Of a stretch of DNA of 64,000 nt, positions 11,778-24,558 are shown in pieces. The DNA is taken from NCBI RefSeq assembly GCF_006345805.1, contig NC_043016.1:20212001-20276000 (forward strand). The letters run 5' to 3'. This DNA comes from Octopus sinensis (taxonomy: Eukaryota). The notes beneath the pieces were generated by a model, which did not search any database, had not been told where the DNA came from, and saw only the letters and a program-made list of their open reading frames with translations. Both the position numbers and the translations under genes were made by a program. Numbering within the stretch: position 1 is the first letter of the stretch; the number at the start of each line of letters is the position of its first letter.

Positions 11778-12578
11778 TAAAGTATTCCATCCAATTCCTG
11801 CCAATTTACTCTCTGAGACTGGTATTTTATATTATTGACCCTGAAAGAATGAAAGGGGAAGTTGGATTCAACACTGATTATTACTTATTTCAAAGACAAG
11901 GATATTGAACCAAAGAGATTTAAGAGTCTTGACCACTGACATACTGTAATGCTGACTATTAGATACAAACAATTTATTTCTTTAGTTTTTACACAGATTT
12001 CCAGCTGAAGGAAGCAGATGTGATTTTAATAAATTGAAGACAAACACTTTTCATCAATAATTTGTCTGCAAGATTATTTACTCTCAGTTGTTCATTATCA
12101 TTCCTGATAATAGCAGACCTCTCATCAAAGGTATTCCAACCATGACCATCCTGTCTTTTTCATTTTCTTTATGTGTAGAGAACTCAACCCAGAATCACAT
12201 TATCAAACATATCCTTTTTGAAGAGAGCTGCATGTGATCTGAAGGCAATTTAGCTGCTATTTCTAGCAAAGCAAACGATCATTTAGAGCAGAAGTACTTG
12301 ACTAATTTTTGCCTATGAACCTCTTTAATGTTTAAAAAATACAGTAATTATATTTTAATAACCATGTATTAATAGGAATTCTATGAAATATTGTTAAACT
12401 GTTTTGCATACCTTAGAATTATTACCAATTTATTGTTGTTAAATTTTGACAACAGAATCTTATAATTGAACCCCAAGGTTGAGAACTCCTGATTTAGAAT
12501 TTCCCTCATTGTCCCATGAAGATAGAATTAGTTGTTGTTTAGCTTCAGCTCAGCCTAGATCCAGCAGGATTACCATAA

Positions 12579-12949
12579 TCTCTCTATATATAAACAGCAA
12601 AATGTCTGTGTGTGTGTGCGTGTCCTTTATACAAATCCACAATTTTTCAGTTAGAGGGCTCGCACTTTCTATGGTCATTCAAAACTGTCCAAGGGTGGAT
12701 CGTGCACATCTTTACATTTCCCCAGTCACCCCGCAAAGCCATTAGAAAATCAATAGAAGTGACTTTTTTGTGAATTTTCTATCCCAAACCCAATCAAAAT
12801 GCCCAAAACCTGATACATCAATTGAATGTCTGCTAGCTGTATGTGATTGGTCGGAGATTTGGACAGTACTCGTGTGTATGTGCACACACATGCAGCTGTA
12901 TATGCATGCACTAGCACCTTGATCCGGCGTTGCTGGGTCATAGTGCTAG
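12579..12949 (+). mobile_element. Non-autonomous Helitron (family H1)
   Basis: A|TC start (tctctctatatataaac), subterminal GC hairpin, CTAG|T end; homologous to 30693-31434 and 32874-33336. Confidence 0.8.
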
Positions 12950-13419
12950 TTTATAAATATAATACTTCATTGTTCCATGTCTCCTTCTCATTTTATGGGA
13001 CAGAGAGGTATGATTTGAGAGATTCGACTTGCTGTTTCTACCGTTTGACCGTCTTTTCTTTGTATATTATGGTCTATATTGAACAATTTAACTAAGAGCA
13101 ATTTAACTATTGTTTCTAATGGTCTTTGTATATTTAGAGCTACATTGTTAATATAGGCTTATTTTTTTTAGGATGATAAGATGTAATTTGAGGGAGAGAA
13201 ACAAAAAGACAGATACTTTGACTGCTGTTTTTAGCTGGTTGACCATCCTGTCTTTGTGTATTTAGGACTACATAATTTAATGTATCAGTCTTTCTTTTTA
13301 GAATGGTAGGATGACAGAATGTGGTTTGAGAGGAGAGAGAGAGGGAGGGAGGGAGGGAGGACTTGACTTTGATTTTTAGCAGGCTGATTGACTGCATATA
13401 AGCTACTTCTTTGTTGGTT

Positions 13420-13690
13420 CCAGCTTCTTCTTAAAGATGGCAGCCACCTGGCTTTGATCAGACAGGTGGTTGTAAATATACCTGAACATTTCTGCTGTCA
13501 ATTTTACAATCAATGATAAGTTATCTGCAGTACACTACAACTGGTGCACTGCTGCATCAGACATAATACTCATGTGATTCTCTGCATCAAAGACTGCAGT
13601 GATATTGCTAACAGGGATGTTTGCACCAAATTCAGGGAATCTATGTCCACAAGGTGACTAATTGACAGCTTTCTGGTTAGAGTATATTTT
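13420..13690 (-). pseudogene. Degenerate coding remnant, possibly a LINE ORF1 zinc-knuckle region
   Basis: PCGHRFPEFGANIPVSNITAVFDAENHMS..*..KLTAEMFRYIYNHLSDQSQVAAIFKKKLEPTKK*; GH and NH spacing resembles decayed CCHC knuckles. Family not identified. Confidence 0.3.
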
Positions 13691-13725
13691 TAAGATTTTT
13701 TTTTTAAAAAAAGGAAAATTTTAGG

Positions 13726-13967
13726 TGCAGGTGTGGCTGTGTTAAGCAGTTTGCTTCCCACACCACATGGTTCCAGGTCCAGTCCCACTGCACAACACCT
13801 AGTAGTGTCTTCTACTATAGCCTTGGGCTGACCAAAAACTTCCGAGTGGATTGGATTGGATTGATGGAAGCTGAAAGAAGCCCACCCTGTGTGTGTACAT
13901 ATATATATATATATGTACATACACATGCACACACTCACACACATTAGATAAATATAATCTACTGACG

Positions 13968-14018
<51 letters not shown>

Positions 14019-14450
14019 AAGCACCATCCGGATGTGGTCAATGCCCCCGACTGGCTCCTGTGCTGGTAGCATGTAATAAGCACCATCTGAACGTTTGGAG
14101 TGCCGCCTCCTGTACTCCTGTACCTGTGACACGTAATAAAGCACCCACTACACTCTTGGAGTGGTTGGTGTTAGGAAGGGCATCCAGCTGTAGAAACTCT
14201 GCCAGATCAGATTGGAGCCTGGTGAGGCCTCCAGGCTTGCCAGTCCCCAGTCAAACCATCCAACCCATGCCAGCATGGAAAACGGACGTTTAACGATGAT
14301 GATAATGAGGAGGATGATGATGACACACACATATATATGTATGTGTGTGTATCTTTGGGTTTGAGTTTATCCCCTGCCACCACTCACTAGTTTTGATTAG
14401 TTTACATGCCTGTAACTTAGTGGTTCAGTAAAAAAGACTGTGGTCTCATG
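13726..14450 (+). mobile_element. Decayed family-B SINE interrupted by (TA)n and an RTE 3' tail (14020-14322)
   Basis: ggtgcaggtgtggctgtgtt head; RTE tail ggtgttaggaagggcatccagc..ccaacccatgccagcatggaaaacggacg(gat)n; SINE 3' part follows. Confidence 0.7.
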
Positions 14451-14689
14451 GATGACAGAAATAAAGGAAGACCTGCACATGGTTCCATTCACTTGCAACC
14501 ATTTGTAGCAAAGCCTTGTGTTACAGATCTCCGATCATCACAACAATATTATTGTAGCTGTTGTTATTGTTTGGACCAGTGGTTCTCCCCTGAGGGTCCA
14601 TATAAGGTTTTTGGGGGTCCATGCCACAAAATATTAAATTGGTGATCCACAGTAACATTTTAAGGTCCCTGAAACAATTTTGCTTTAGA

Positions 14690-15256
14690 TCAAAAATCCA
14701 AATCCAAATCCAAATCAAATTTGATGACTGGCGTCCGTGCTAGCGGGGTGCAAAGAGCACCATACGAGTGTGATCATTGACAGAGTAGCTAACTGGCTTC
14801 CGTGCCAGTGGCACTTAAAAGGCACCATTTGAGTGTGATCATTACCAGCATCGCCTTACTTGCACTTGAGCCCCATGTAAGTAGGATATTAAGAGCACCA
14901 TCCGAGCGTGATCGTTGCCAGAGCGGCTATCTGACCTCCGTGCCGGTGGCACGTAAAAGACACCATTCGAGCGTGATCGTTACCAGCATCGCCTTACTGG
15001 CACCCGCGCCGGTGGCATGTGTAAAAAGATTCGAGTGAGGTCATTGCCAGTGCCACCTGACTGGCCCCGTGCTGGTGGCACATAAAAGCACCCACTACAT
15101 TCTCAGAGTGGTTGGCGTTAGGAAGGGCATCCAGCTATAGAAACTCTGCCAGATCAAGATTGGGGCCTGGTGCAGCCATCTGGTTTGCCAGCCCTCAGTC
15201 ATTCATCCAACCCATGCTAGCATGGAAAGATGTTAAACTATGATGATGATGATGAT
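14690..15256 (+). mobile_element. RTE 3' UTR and tail, second subfamily, with tandem hairpin units
   Basis: Units gcaccat.cgag.gtgatc.ttgccag..ctggc..cgtgccggtggcacgtaaaa followed by the RTE tail and (gat)n. Confidence 0.85.
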
Positions 15257-15409
15257 GCATGTATTGCAAGAAACAGGATTCTTTCTCTAACAATTTACAT
15301 AGTTCAACCTACACAAGTTAATTGGATGAAGAACAAAATAGGAATTTTGGAAGAAGTTTCTATAAAACTAGCTTTTAAACATCAAATAGCTATGGGGATA
15401 TATTCTCTT

Positions 15410-15960
15410 TACTCTTTTACTTGTTTCAGTCATTTGACTGTGGCCATACTGGAGCACCACCTTTAGTCGAGCAAATCAACCGCAGGACTTATTCTTTGTA
15501 AGCCTAGTACTTATTCTATCGGCCTCTTTTGCCGAACCACTAAGTTACAGGGACGTAAATACACCAGCATCGGTTGTCAAGCGATGTTGGGGGCCAAACA
15601 CAGACACACACAGGCATACATATACATATATATGATGGGCTTCTTTCAGTTTCTTATTTCTTTATTGCCCACAAGGGGCTAAACATAGGGGGACAAACAA
15701 GGACAGACAAAGGGATTAAGTCAATTATATCGATCCCAGTGCGTAACTGGTACTTTATTTATCGACCCCGAAAGGATGAACGGCAAAGTCGACCGCGGCG
15801 GAATTTGAACTCAGAACATAGCGGCAGACGAAATGCCGCTAAACATTTCGCCTGGCGTGCTAACGTTTCTGCCAGCTCACCGCCATATTTTCAGTTTCTG
15901 TATACCAAATCCACTCATGTGGTTGGTAAGCAAGCTACTTACCATACAGTCACTCCTGTG
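15410..15960 (-). mobile_element. Family-B SINE split by a family-A SINE (15654-15888)
   Basis: The inserted family-A copy is flanked by the 10-bp TSD tttcagtttc (15644-15653 / 15889-15898). Confidence 0.88.
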
Positions 15961-16710
15961 CCTATGGGGATCCACCAGGATAAAATAGTAATTAAAGGAG
16001 TCCATAGATAAAAAATGGTTGTGAACCCCTGATTTAGATCATCTCTGATTCAACAGACACAGAGTTAAGGGCATTCTAGCCACGACCATCTCTTTTTGTC
16101 TATTAGAGACTAAATTATTGATTTATCCCTTTCCAAACCATCCTGCCTGAACCCCCCCCCCCCAGCTAGTTCCAAGATACAAATTTCATTTTCAAGTCAT
16201 TTCTTTAAAACCTTTAACGAAAATTTCATGTTTAGTTTTATGTTCAAAACACCATATTAATTAATGACAGTTATTTCAATAAATTCTTCATTATTTTCAA
16301 AATTACTCGGAACAACAGAGGCACAAGCACTTTCATACAAACACACAGTAATGCCGCGATATCAGGGTTTATTTGTTCTTGGAGACTACTCATAAAGGAA
16401 AAACTCATAAAGCAGAGCAGTAATTTCCCATAGTAGTAATGTTATAAATTGTAATTCATTCCCAGAAAAATATTTTACCTATAAAATTTATAATACTCAT
16501 AAATAAATGGCAATAAAACAATAGCAGAGTGTAAAGAATATTTTATGTAAAGTAAAAAGAATGTCAAGATCATTTATGATAAAAAATATTTTTATTATAA
16601 TCATTTTCTGAATCACATTTTTGAATCATTTTTTTGTATCACTTGCACGAGATTCGTGCACACTGTCACTTGTAGATGCGACTGCCAATTCACAAGCACT
16701 TGTAGATGGA

Positions 16711-17131
16711 CTTACTCTTTACTCTCTTTTACTCTTTTACTCGTTTCAGTCATTTAACTGCGGCCATGCTGGAGCACCGCCTTTAATCGAGCAACTCGAC
16801 CCCGGGACTTATTCTTTGTAAGCCCAGTACTTATTCTATCGGCCTCTTTTTGCCGAACTGCTAAGTGACGGGGACATAAACACACCAGCATCGGATGTGA
16901 AGCAATACTAGGGGGACGAACACAAACATACATGCACACACACATATACATATATATATACATATATACGACAGGCTTCTTTCAGTTTCCGTCTACCAAA
17001 TCCACTCACAAGGCTTTGGTCGGCCCGAGGCTATAGTAGAAGACACTTGCCCAAGGTGCCACGCAGTGGGACTGAACCCAGAACCATGTGGTTGGTAAAC
17101 AAGCTACTTACCACACAGCCACTCCTACGCC
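16711..17131 (-). mobile_element. Family-B tRNA-derived SINE, full length
   Basis: Head ggcgtaggagtggctgtgtggtaagtag..gggttcagtccc (A/B boxes), central (TA/TG)n tract, tail gactgaaacgagt(aaaagagt)n. Confidence 0.92.
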
Positions 17132-17439
17132 TACGTAGATTTCTTTTAAAACTTGTAGATTCCTTTTAAAAAAAAACAAGCCAAGAGTTGTTTGCTTAGA
17201 AGGAGCTTTTTTTATGCTCTCTATAAGTTTTATACCATCATTTTACTCCCTGGCTCTATGCAGCTGTCTAGACATGTCAGAACCAATGTTACCACATGTT
17301 GCGACGTTGTCACACACACAAAATGGAGTTCAACCTTTTTACATCTATTATAAAATGGAACACATAAACCTGGGGTCTCATAAAGTGGATCCTCATAAAA
17401 TGAGGTGTTACTGTATACATATGATGGACCTTCCTGTTT

Positions 17440-17740
17440 ATCAAATCCACTCAAAAGGATTTGGTCATCCTGAGGCCATAGTAGAAAACATTTGCCTTAG
17501 GACCCACACTGTGGGACCCAATTCATGAAACCAAAGAATTAAGGGAGAGTTGGTTGTTATTTCTAGTAAGTTTATACAGCCATGTACTGTATCAAATCCA
17601 CTCACAAGAATTTGGTCGTTCTGAGGCCATAGTAGAAAACATTTGTCTTAGGACCCACCCTGTGGGGCCCAATTCATGAAACCAAAGAATTAAGGGAGAG
17701 TTGGTTGTTATTTCTAGTAAGTTTATACAGCCATGTACTG
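17440..17740. repeat. 151-bp tandem duplication
   Basis: 17440-17589 repeated at 17591-17740; includes a family-B SINE fragment. Confidence 0.92.
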
Positions 17741-18151
17741 GCACCCACATAGATAAAAAAAAAAGTTGAATATAGCTGTGGTGTATCTTTATGTCACATA
17801 AGACTGTAGATCTGCATCTGAAAAAGTTCTCTCTTAGCCAAGATACAGACCTGGGTATGTTTTTCTTTTTCCTTATGCAAGACAATACCAGCAGTTGATC
17901 ATACATGGCAAAAATCCTGTCTAAAAGAGAAGTAATAACCACAATAACTACAATGCTTTTCATATATTATTTTATTTATTTATGTAGGGATAAAGGAAGA
18001 GTTTGTAGCAAGACAGGAAAGATCTTTTGGTGAAGGGTATCACCAGTCTAGTGAAGGGGTCACTAGTATGGTGAGTTTGCTATCTTCATAGCTAATGTGT
18101 AGCTATAGCCCAATGGAGTGTTCACAGTCTGGTTGAAGTGACAGCATCAGC

Positions 18152-18736
18152 TGTAGTAGCTTGTCGATACTGTGTCTGTGTGTTTGTTCAATAGTAATTG
18201 GCATACAGAGACAGATGGACAAAACTCAACTTGTTCAATAGCAAAGTTTTATTCACAGCAGTATAATGTAAGATGCCTTGTATGAGATTCCTGTAAAGAA
18301 GTAAGTTGTGTTTTGTAGAGATGTCTGTCGTGTAGTAGCAGTGAATGAATGCATGCATGAGGACATTAAATATACTTTGTGTATATAGAAAGAGACTCGA
18401 TAGAAGTATTTCTAGTAAACTATGAGAGATGATGGCACTGAGTTTGGTCGATTCTGCTGGCGCACGTGGAAGAAAGGCTGCTCTGGTGTGAGAGACGCCA
18501 ATGCAAATGTGATAGATCCAAACTACAAGCCGGGATTACTTAGAGAAATGAAGTAAAGGACCTCAATTAAACATGGCTGGAGTCATATTATATAAGCGAC
18601 AATCAGATATAGTAGAGTGAGCTAGTTTATTCTGCCAATCACAAACCGAATAGAGCTGTAAACTTACAGTGTCATTTGAACCTACTTGAGATTAAAAATG
18701 TATGTTTTAAACTAATGCTAGTACAGACATGCTACA
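18152..18736 (-). mobile_element. Possible solo LTR
   Basis: 585 bp bounded by TGTAG...CTACA; minus strand has TATATAA followed downstream by AATAAA. No TSD or PBS seen. Confidence 0.4.
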
Positions 18737-19980
18737 ATCTATCTTGCCGCTGTGACATAGTTCAGTTGCACTGTGGAGGATTCCAGCCAATCAGAGCTGG
18801 AGGTGTATGAATAAAATGGCAGTGATCTGCCTTAGCTGAAGGAACTCAGTGAAGTGTCTGTTTCAAACTAGTTGCAGATTTCATGGTATAGAAGCAATAT
18901 CTCTTTCTTTGACATGTCACATTTTCTGTGTCTACTGCCAACTACATGCAATTCATTTGATTAATATCAGCTTCCATTCTGCTTCATATAAACTGTAGTG
19001 TGATGGAGGAAAAGGACAACAGAAAAAGAAGCAAATGGGAGAAAGAAATACAAAAGGTTTTACCTGTTGACCTAGGCAGAATCAGCAGTCACTCTCACGA
19101 ATTAAACACCTCTTGTCTCGCTGCTGTCTCTGCTCCAACTGACCACACGTGCTTCCTGCCCATGCATGCTCCTGTGACTCTTCCACCAGCCCCTGCAGTC
19201 TTCACTTCCCTTTTACCTCATCTACCATCCTCTTCACCAACACCACATAGCTCATCACAGCCCATAACATCACATAAACCTCAGTGTATATAGTAAGTCA
19301 TGTCATTTTTCCTGTCTCACATACATATTTATTTGGTTCCAATTCATATGCAAGATTAATTCTTGTTACCATTTGCTAGCACTCATTACTCTACCAAAAT
19401 AAATTTCAATGTTTTTGTTTCATAAACTTGCCTTCTAAATATTCTTTATTCATGCCTCTTTAACAAATCACTGAAAATGGATTCTTTCAATGGACTACAC
19501 ACATTATGTTACAACTGGAACACATAGGAGACCCAATTTACATAAGTGACCATATGTTACAAGTTATTCGTAATTTTTGTTGGTCTTCCTCCTCCTACAA
19601 CAGTGCAATCAATATTGTTCAGTTTGAACTTATGAAGGTTGGAGGCATTGTCCTCAGAAGACAAAGTGTCAAAACTGGTATCACAAGGTACCTCAAGGTA
19701 TCTGGACTGGCCCTCCATTTATGGGCCCTGAAATGTTGAAAGCAAATTTGATCTTGACAGGATTAGAACATAGAACATGCAGGTATATGTGTGCACCTTC
19801 CCCACACATACACACACATGTACATGCATGCAAACATACATACATACATACATGCATACACACATACATACAAGCATACATACACACATACATACACACA
19901 TATACATGCACACGCATGCATATACACATACATGCATGCATACAGACATACATACATGCATCTATACATACATGCATGAA

Positions 19981-20211
19981 GGCGGCAAGCTGGCAGAAAC
20001 GTTAGCATGCCGGGCGAAATGCATAGCCGTATTTCGTCTGCCGTTACGTTCTGAGTTCAAATTCCGCCGAGGTCGACTTTGCCTTTCATCCTTCCGGGGT
20101 CGATAAATTAAGTACCAGTTATGCACTGGGGTCGATGTAATCGACTTAATCCCTTTGTCTGTCCTTGTTTGTCTCCTCTGTGTTTAGCCCCTTGTGGGTA
20201 GTAAAGAAATA
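19981..20211 (+). mobile_element. Family-A SINE, young full-length copy
   Basis: ggcggcaagctggcagaaacgttagc..gagttcaaattccgccgaggtcgac..ccccttgtgggtagtaaagaaata. Confidence 0.92.
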
Positions 20212-20539
20212 TATACATACATACATATGATGATAGCTATCCATTCGTGACTGAAGAAGACTATCACTGACCATCAAGAACATTATTTGCTCTTATAAAT
20301 TTATATTTTACACTTATGTATCTACTGTGACCAATGAGCCCAGCTCTTGATAAACATACCTGTCCACAGAGATAAACACACACACATGCAGATGCATACA
20401 TATGTATATACATACACACATACATACATGCTTATATGTACACACTTACATATATGAATTTATATATGTATATATATATATGTGTTTGTGTGTGTATATA
20501 TATATTATATATATATATATATGTATATATGTATATATG

Positions 20540-20600
<61 letters not shown>

Positions 20601-20628
20601 TATATATATTATATAGAAAATAAGTAAG

Positions 20629-21810
20629 TGGAGAAATACATCTTAATCAATAATCAACTACCAGATAATACCCAATCAAATAATTTATTAAACCACTACA
20701 TATGAACATTAAGGTCAAACATAATAATATCGCAGTCAAAATCATGGCTGGCACCCATATATACGCTCGTGCACCGGTGGAATTTAATATGATGTAAACC
20801 AATGTTTTTCATTTTTCGTTATATATGTATCTGCCGATCTACAATGCTTTGCATGGTACTGTATTATTGTTGTTGTTGTTTTTGCTATTATGTTGCTAAC
20901 CGCATGATGCATATATTGTTTTGCTGGTATTAGTGTTATTAATAATAATAATAATGACATTAGTAGCAATAGTGGCAATGATAATAGTAATGATGGTAAT
21001 ATTAATGGCATTTTGTAACTTAATATAATGAACTCTTGACTTTGTATATCTGCATTTGAACATAGATATGTGTATGTTTCTATATTGTAATATTCTAATA
21101 TATTGTTTTGATCAACTGTAACCTTGAATATAGAACATCATCATCATCATCATCATCGTTTAACGTCCGTTTTCCATGCTAGCATGGGTTGGACGGTTCA
21201 ACCGGGGTCTGGGAAGCCAGAAGGCTGCACCAGGCTCCAGTCTGATCTGGCAGTGTTTCTACGGCTGGATGCCCTTCCTAACGCCATATGTATGTATATT
21301 GCTGTATATTATTATGTATATGTATATATATATATGTATAGGGGTATGGGTATATGCACTCATATGTATGTGTATATTATATATTATGGGTATGTACCCA
21401 CTCTTGTATGGGTGTACCTCCTCTGATATTCATATTTAATTTAGTTTGTACTTCATAATCTCTGAAGAGGCCTTGGGATATTTTTGTAAGTGTCTCATTT
21501 ATAACCACATATTAACTTATCACACCTGGCTAATATGAGCATAATGAGACACCCATATCTGCATGGCCGAAACAGCTGTAAGATGTAGTTTATATTTATA
21601 TTTGTATTTATTTATATTCACTTATACATACTGTACTTTATTTATATTCACTTATACATACTGTACTTATTGTATCATATTACTCATTGATGTACATTGT
21701 TTTGTTCTATATTATTATGTTTGACCTTAATGTTCATATGTAGTGGTTTAATAAATTATATGATTGGGTATTATCTGGTAGTTGATTATTGATTAAGATG
21801 TATTTCTCCA
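20629..21810 (+). mobile_element. Penelope-like remnant with 102-bp inverted ends
   Basis: 20629-20730 is the reverse complement of 21709-21810 (one mismatch); contains a hammerhead core and an inserted RTE tail (21136-21286, minus). Confidence 0.7.
21458..21584 (+). ncRNA. Type I hammerhead ribozyme (PLE-type) with extended stem II
   Basis: ATCT-CTGAAGA-GGCC..GGCC-GAAA-C-AGCT-GTA|AGAT: complete core, stem I ATCT/AGAT, palindromic stem III ACAGCTGT, cleavage triplet GUA at 21578-21580. Confidence 0.8.
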
Positions 21811-22006
21811 TTTTCTTATTTTGTATTATTCATTTGTGGTAAAACATTTTACCTTTGCCCATATAATACAGTAAATGAATTAATTGCATTGCAATTCTTA
21901 ACATTTATGTATTAACTTTGTTGGGTGCTTTACTAGCAGTATATTGGATATATGTTATCCCATGGAGGGTTGCACTCACAACCCCTATCTCAATTTATAT
22001 ATATAT

Positions 22007-22044
<38 letters not shown>

Positions 22045-22195
22045 AGATTCACTTCAACATTTAAATTTAAATTAAATTTAAAAGTGAATCTAACGACTTT
22101 CGTGTGTTTTTAAATGGCTTATAAACACGTTCCACGCTGCAGTTGTTTTTGCTTCACCACACGATCTCAGATCAGGTTACAAGTACATCTCCATA

Positions 22196-22228
<33 letters not shown>

Positions 22229-22460
22229 GAGGCACGTGGCTTAGTGGTTAGGGTGTCAGCATCATGATCATAAGATTGTGGTTTTGATTCCTGGACCGGG
22301 CGATGCATTGTGTTCTTGAGCAAAACACTTCATTTCACGTTGCTCCAGTCCACTCAGCCTGCAAAAATGAGTAACGCTGCAATGGACTAGCGTCCCATCC
22401 ATCTGAGGAACACATACATCATTGAAACTGAGCCCATGAGCCTGGCTAGGCTTTAAAAGG
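22229..22460 (+). mobile_element. tRNA-derived SINE (family D type head)
   Basis: ggaggcacgtggcttagtggttaggg A box, ttgattcc B box, cttgagcaaaacactt core. Confidence 0.75.
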
Positions 22461-22509
22461 GCTCATTTATTATTTTAGATATATATATATATATATATAT
22501 AGATATATG

Positions 22510-23130
22510 CAAATCAGCTGGTTCTAGGAACAATCTCCGTAAACATTTTTGCTGCAGGAAACTCGCTGTAGAAATCTTTGCTATATAGGAAATTTTGCCG
22601 TAAGTACATATAATTTTGAACATCATCCATGATTTCGAGAAATTGCAGCTCTGAAAAAGAATTGCTTGTGTGTGTGCATGCATGTGTGTGTGTGTGTGCA
22701 TGTGCGCGTGTGTGCGTTTTAAAATTCTGTTTAAGATTTAACTGTTTTTTTATTTTCTTTTTATTTAAGCTCAATTTTTTAAAAACATTATCATCTTTTA
22801 GATTGCTTTGTGTGACACACCCTGTAGCTTTGCCATAATAATATAATAGATAGGGTGGTTGAAAATTCATCCTTTTTTTCGGTGAAATTGTCTTACGGCA
22901 AAATTTCCTATGTGGCAAATTTTCCTGAAGAGTCCAGTTTGCTGGACATTGTTGTAGAGCTGAAAACGAGGTAATTTCTACTCTTCTCCTCTGGAAGCTA
23001 TCTGCTTGCGATACCAGAGGGCGCACACTCTCCTGAAGCCAAGAATCCTGAGGTGGATTTTCCTGCGGTAAAAATGTTTGCAGCGAACTTTCCGGATAGG
23101 AAATCAGCTAGCTAGAAAATCTCTATAAGA
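22510..23130. mobile_element. Decayed MITE-like element with a LINE-derived 101-bp insert
   Basis: Inverted motifs ggaaattttgccgtaag (~22587) / cttacggcaaaatttcc (~22892); insert at 22931-23031. Confidence 0.45.
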
Positions 23131-23409
23131 GACGAGAGCAGTAACTATGGCTGTTCTGTAGGAACCGACTGTATTACCATTTTAACTTCAGGTTAAAATG
23201 GTAGAAGAATGAACCCCCACCATCTTCCAGCCACGAGACCATCAGACCATCCGGTTCCGAGCTCTTTGTGCTCATCCATGGTGGTAGATATTCATCCACT
23301 AGCGATGGCAGTAGTTCACTCCGACTTGCAATATATAAAAAATAAGTGACACCCAGTGTCTGATCTTGCAACCAGCAAATTAGCTAGTTAGAAGACCTCT
23401 ATAACAGAT

Positions 23410-23890
23410 ATGAAAGTCATCATTCATCATTATTCGACTGTAGTCAAGACAATGGAATTTACTATGTTATGCCAGACCTCACAGTCCATTATAGCATTAC
23501 GGAGGTCCTGTTGCTGGATGCTTGTATCCCTGGAGATTACATCAGGGTAGGAGAGTGTACGCCCTCTGGTATCGCAAGCAGATAGCTTCCAGAGGAGAAG
23601 AGTAGAAATTACCTCGTTTTCAGCTCTACAACAATGTCCAGCAAACTGGACTCTTCTACCTTTCACAAGAGATGATACAGGTGGTAATTTCCCATATATT
23701 TGTACTTTGGTTGGATGACGCTTCCACGAGAGATTTTGAGCTCTCATAAGGAGGCGAGTGTAAGTTCCATCCAACCACCGCTCAAGCTTCTTTGATAACG
23801 TCCAGGTCTCTGATATGAAAGTAGTAACTATACTGAGAAGTAATGGTTATCACCACTTAAACATGGCTTGTGAAGGTTATCTTATGGTAG
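23410..23890 (-). mobile_element. RTEX-like LINE 3' end
   Basis: ETWTLSKKLERWLDGTYTRLLMRAQNLSWKRHPTKVQIYGKLPPVSSLVKGRRVQFAGHC..GRTLSYPDVISRDT; (gat)n-like tail. Confidence 0.85.
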
Positions 23891-24063
23891 TGTTTTTGTG
23901 GTCACGATGGATCTGCTGTTGTCATTTTTGCTATTTTTAGAGAGCTGTTGCCGTTGTTTCTGTTCTAGTCTTTACTACATTCTGTGGTCAGAGAGGGATA
24001 GTAGTTTCCAGTCTGTTGGTTTAGCTGCTGCCGCTACTGTAATGTGGATGGTACTGAGCCTAG

Positions 24064-24558
24064 GGCGGCGAGCTGGCAGAAACGTTGACAAGCCAGGTGA
24101 AATGCTTAGCGGTATTTCGTCTGCCATTACGTTGTGAGTCAAAGGCGGCGAGCTGGCAGAAATGTTAGCACGCCGGGTGAAATGCTTTGCGGTATTTTGT
24201 CTGCCGTTACGTTGTGAGTTCAAATTCCGCCGAGGTCGACTTTGCCTTTCATCCTTTCGGGGTCGATAAATTAAGCACCAGTTACGCACTGAGGTCGATG
24301 TAATCGACTTAATACCTATGTCTGTCCTTGTTTGTCCCCTCTATGTTTAGCCCCTTGTGGGTAATAAAGAAATAGGTATTTCGTCTGCCACTATGTTATG
24401 TGTTCAAATTCAGCCGAAGTCGACTTTGCCTTTCATCCTTTTGGGGTCGATAAATTAAGTACCAGTTACGCACCCGGGTCGATGTAACCAACTTAATACC
24501 TATGTCTGTCCTTGTTTGTCCCCTCTGTGTTTAGCCCCGTGTGGGTAATAAAGAAATA
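24064..24558 (+). mobile_element. Head-to-tail trimer of family-A SINE modules
   Basis: ~80-bp head, then a full copy, then a 5'-truncated copy, all within one 16-bp TSD ggtactgag(c/a)ctaggg (24050-24065 / 24559-24574). Confidence 0.88.

Larger units (their letters stand above)
14577..16031. mobile_element. hAT-type MITE carrying nested retro-insertions
   Basis: Ends cagtggttctc / gtgaacccctg; degenerate 8-bp TSD gtttggac / atttagat; a similar right end occurs at ~12478-12490. Confidence 0.5.

Noticed and set aside
19981-20060. tRNA genes at SINE heads
   Set aside because: A/B-box-like motifs are present, but they run into SINE bodies with tails and TSDs and no complete cloverleaf was seen.
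20251-20290. CTGAAGA motif upstream of the inverted-end element
   Set aside because: No stem II or GAAA; expected by chance.
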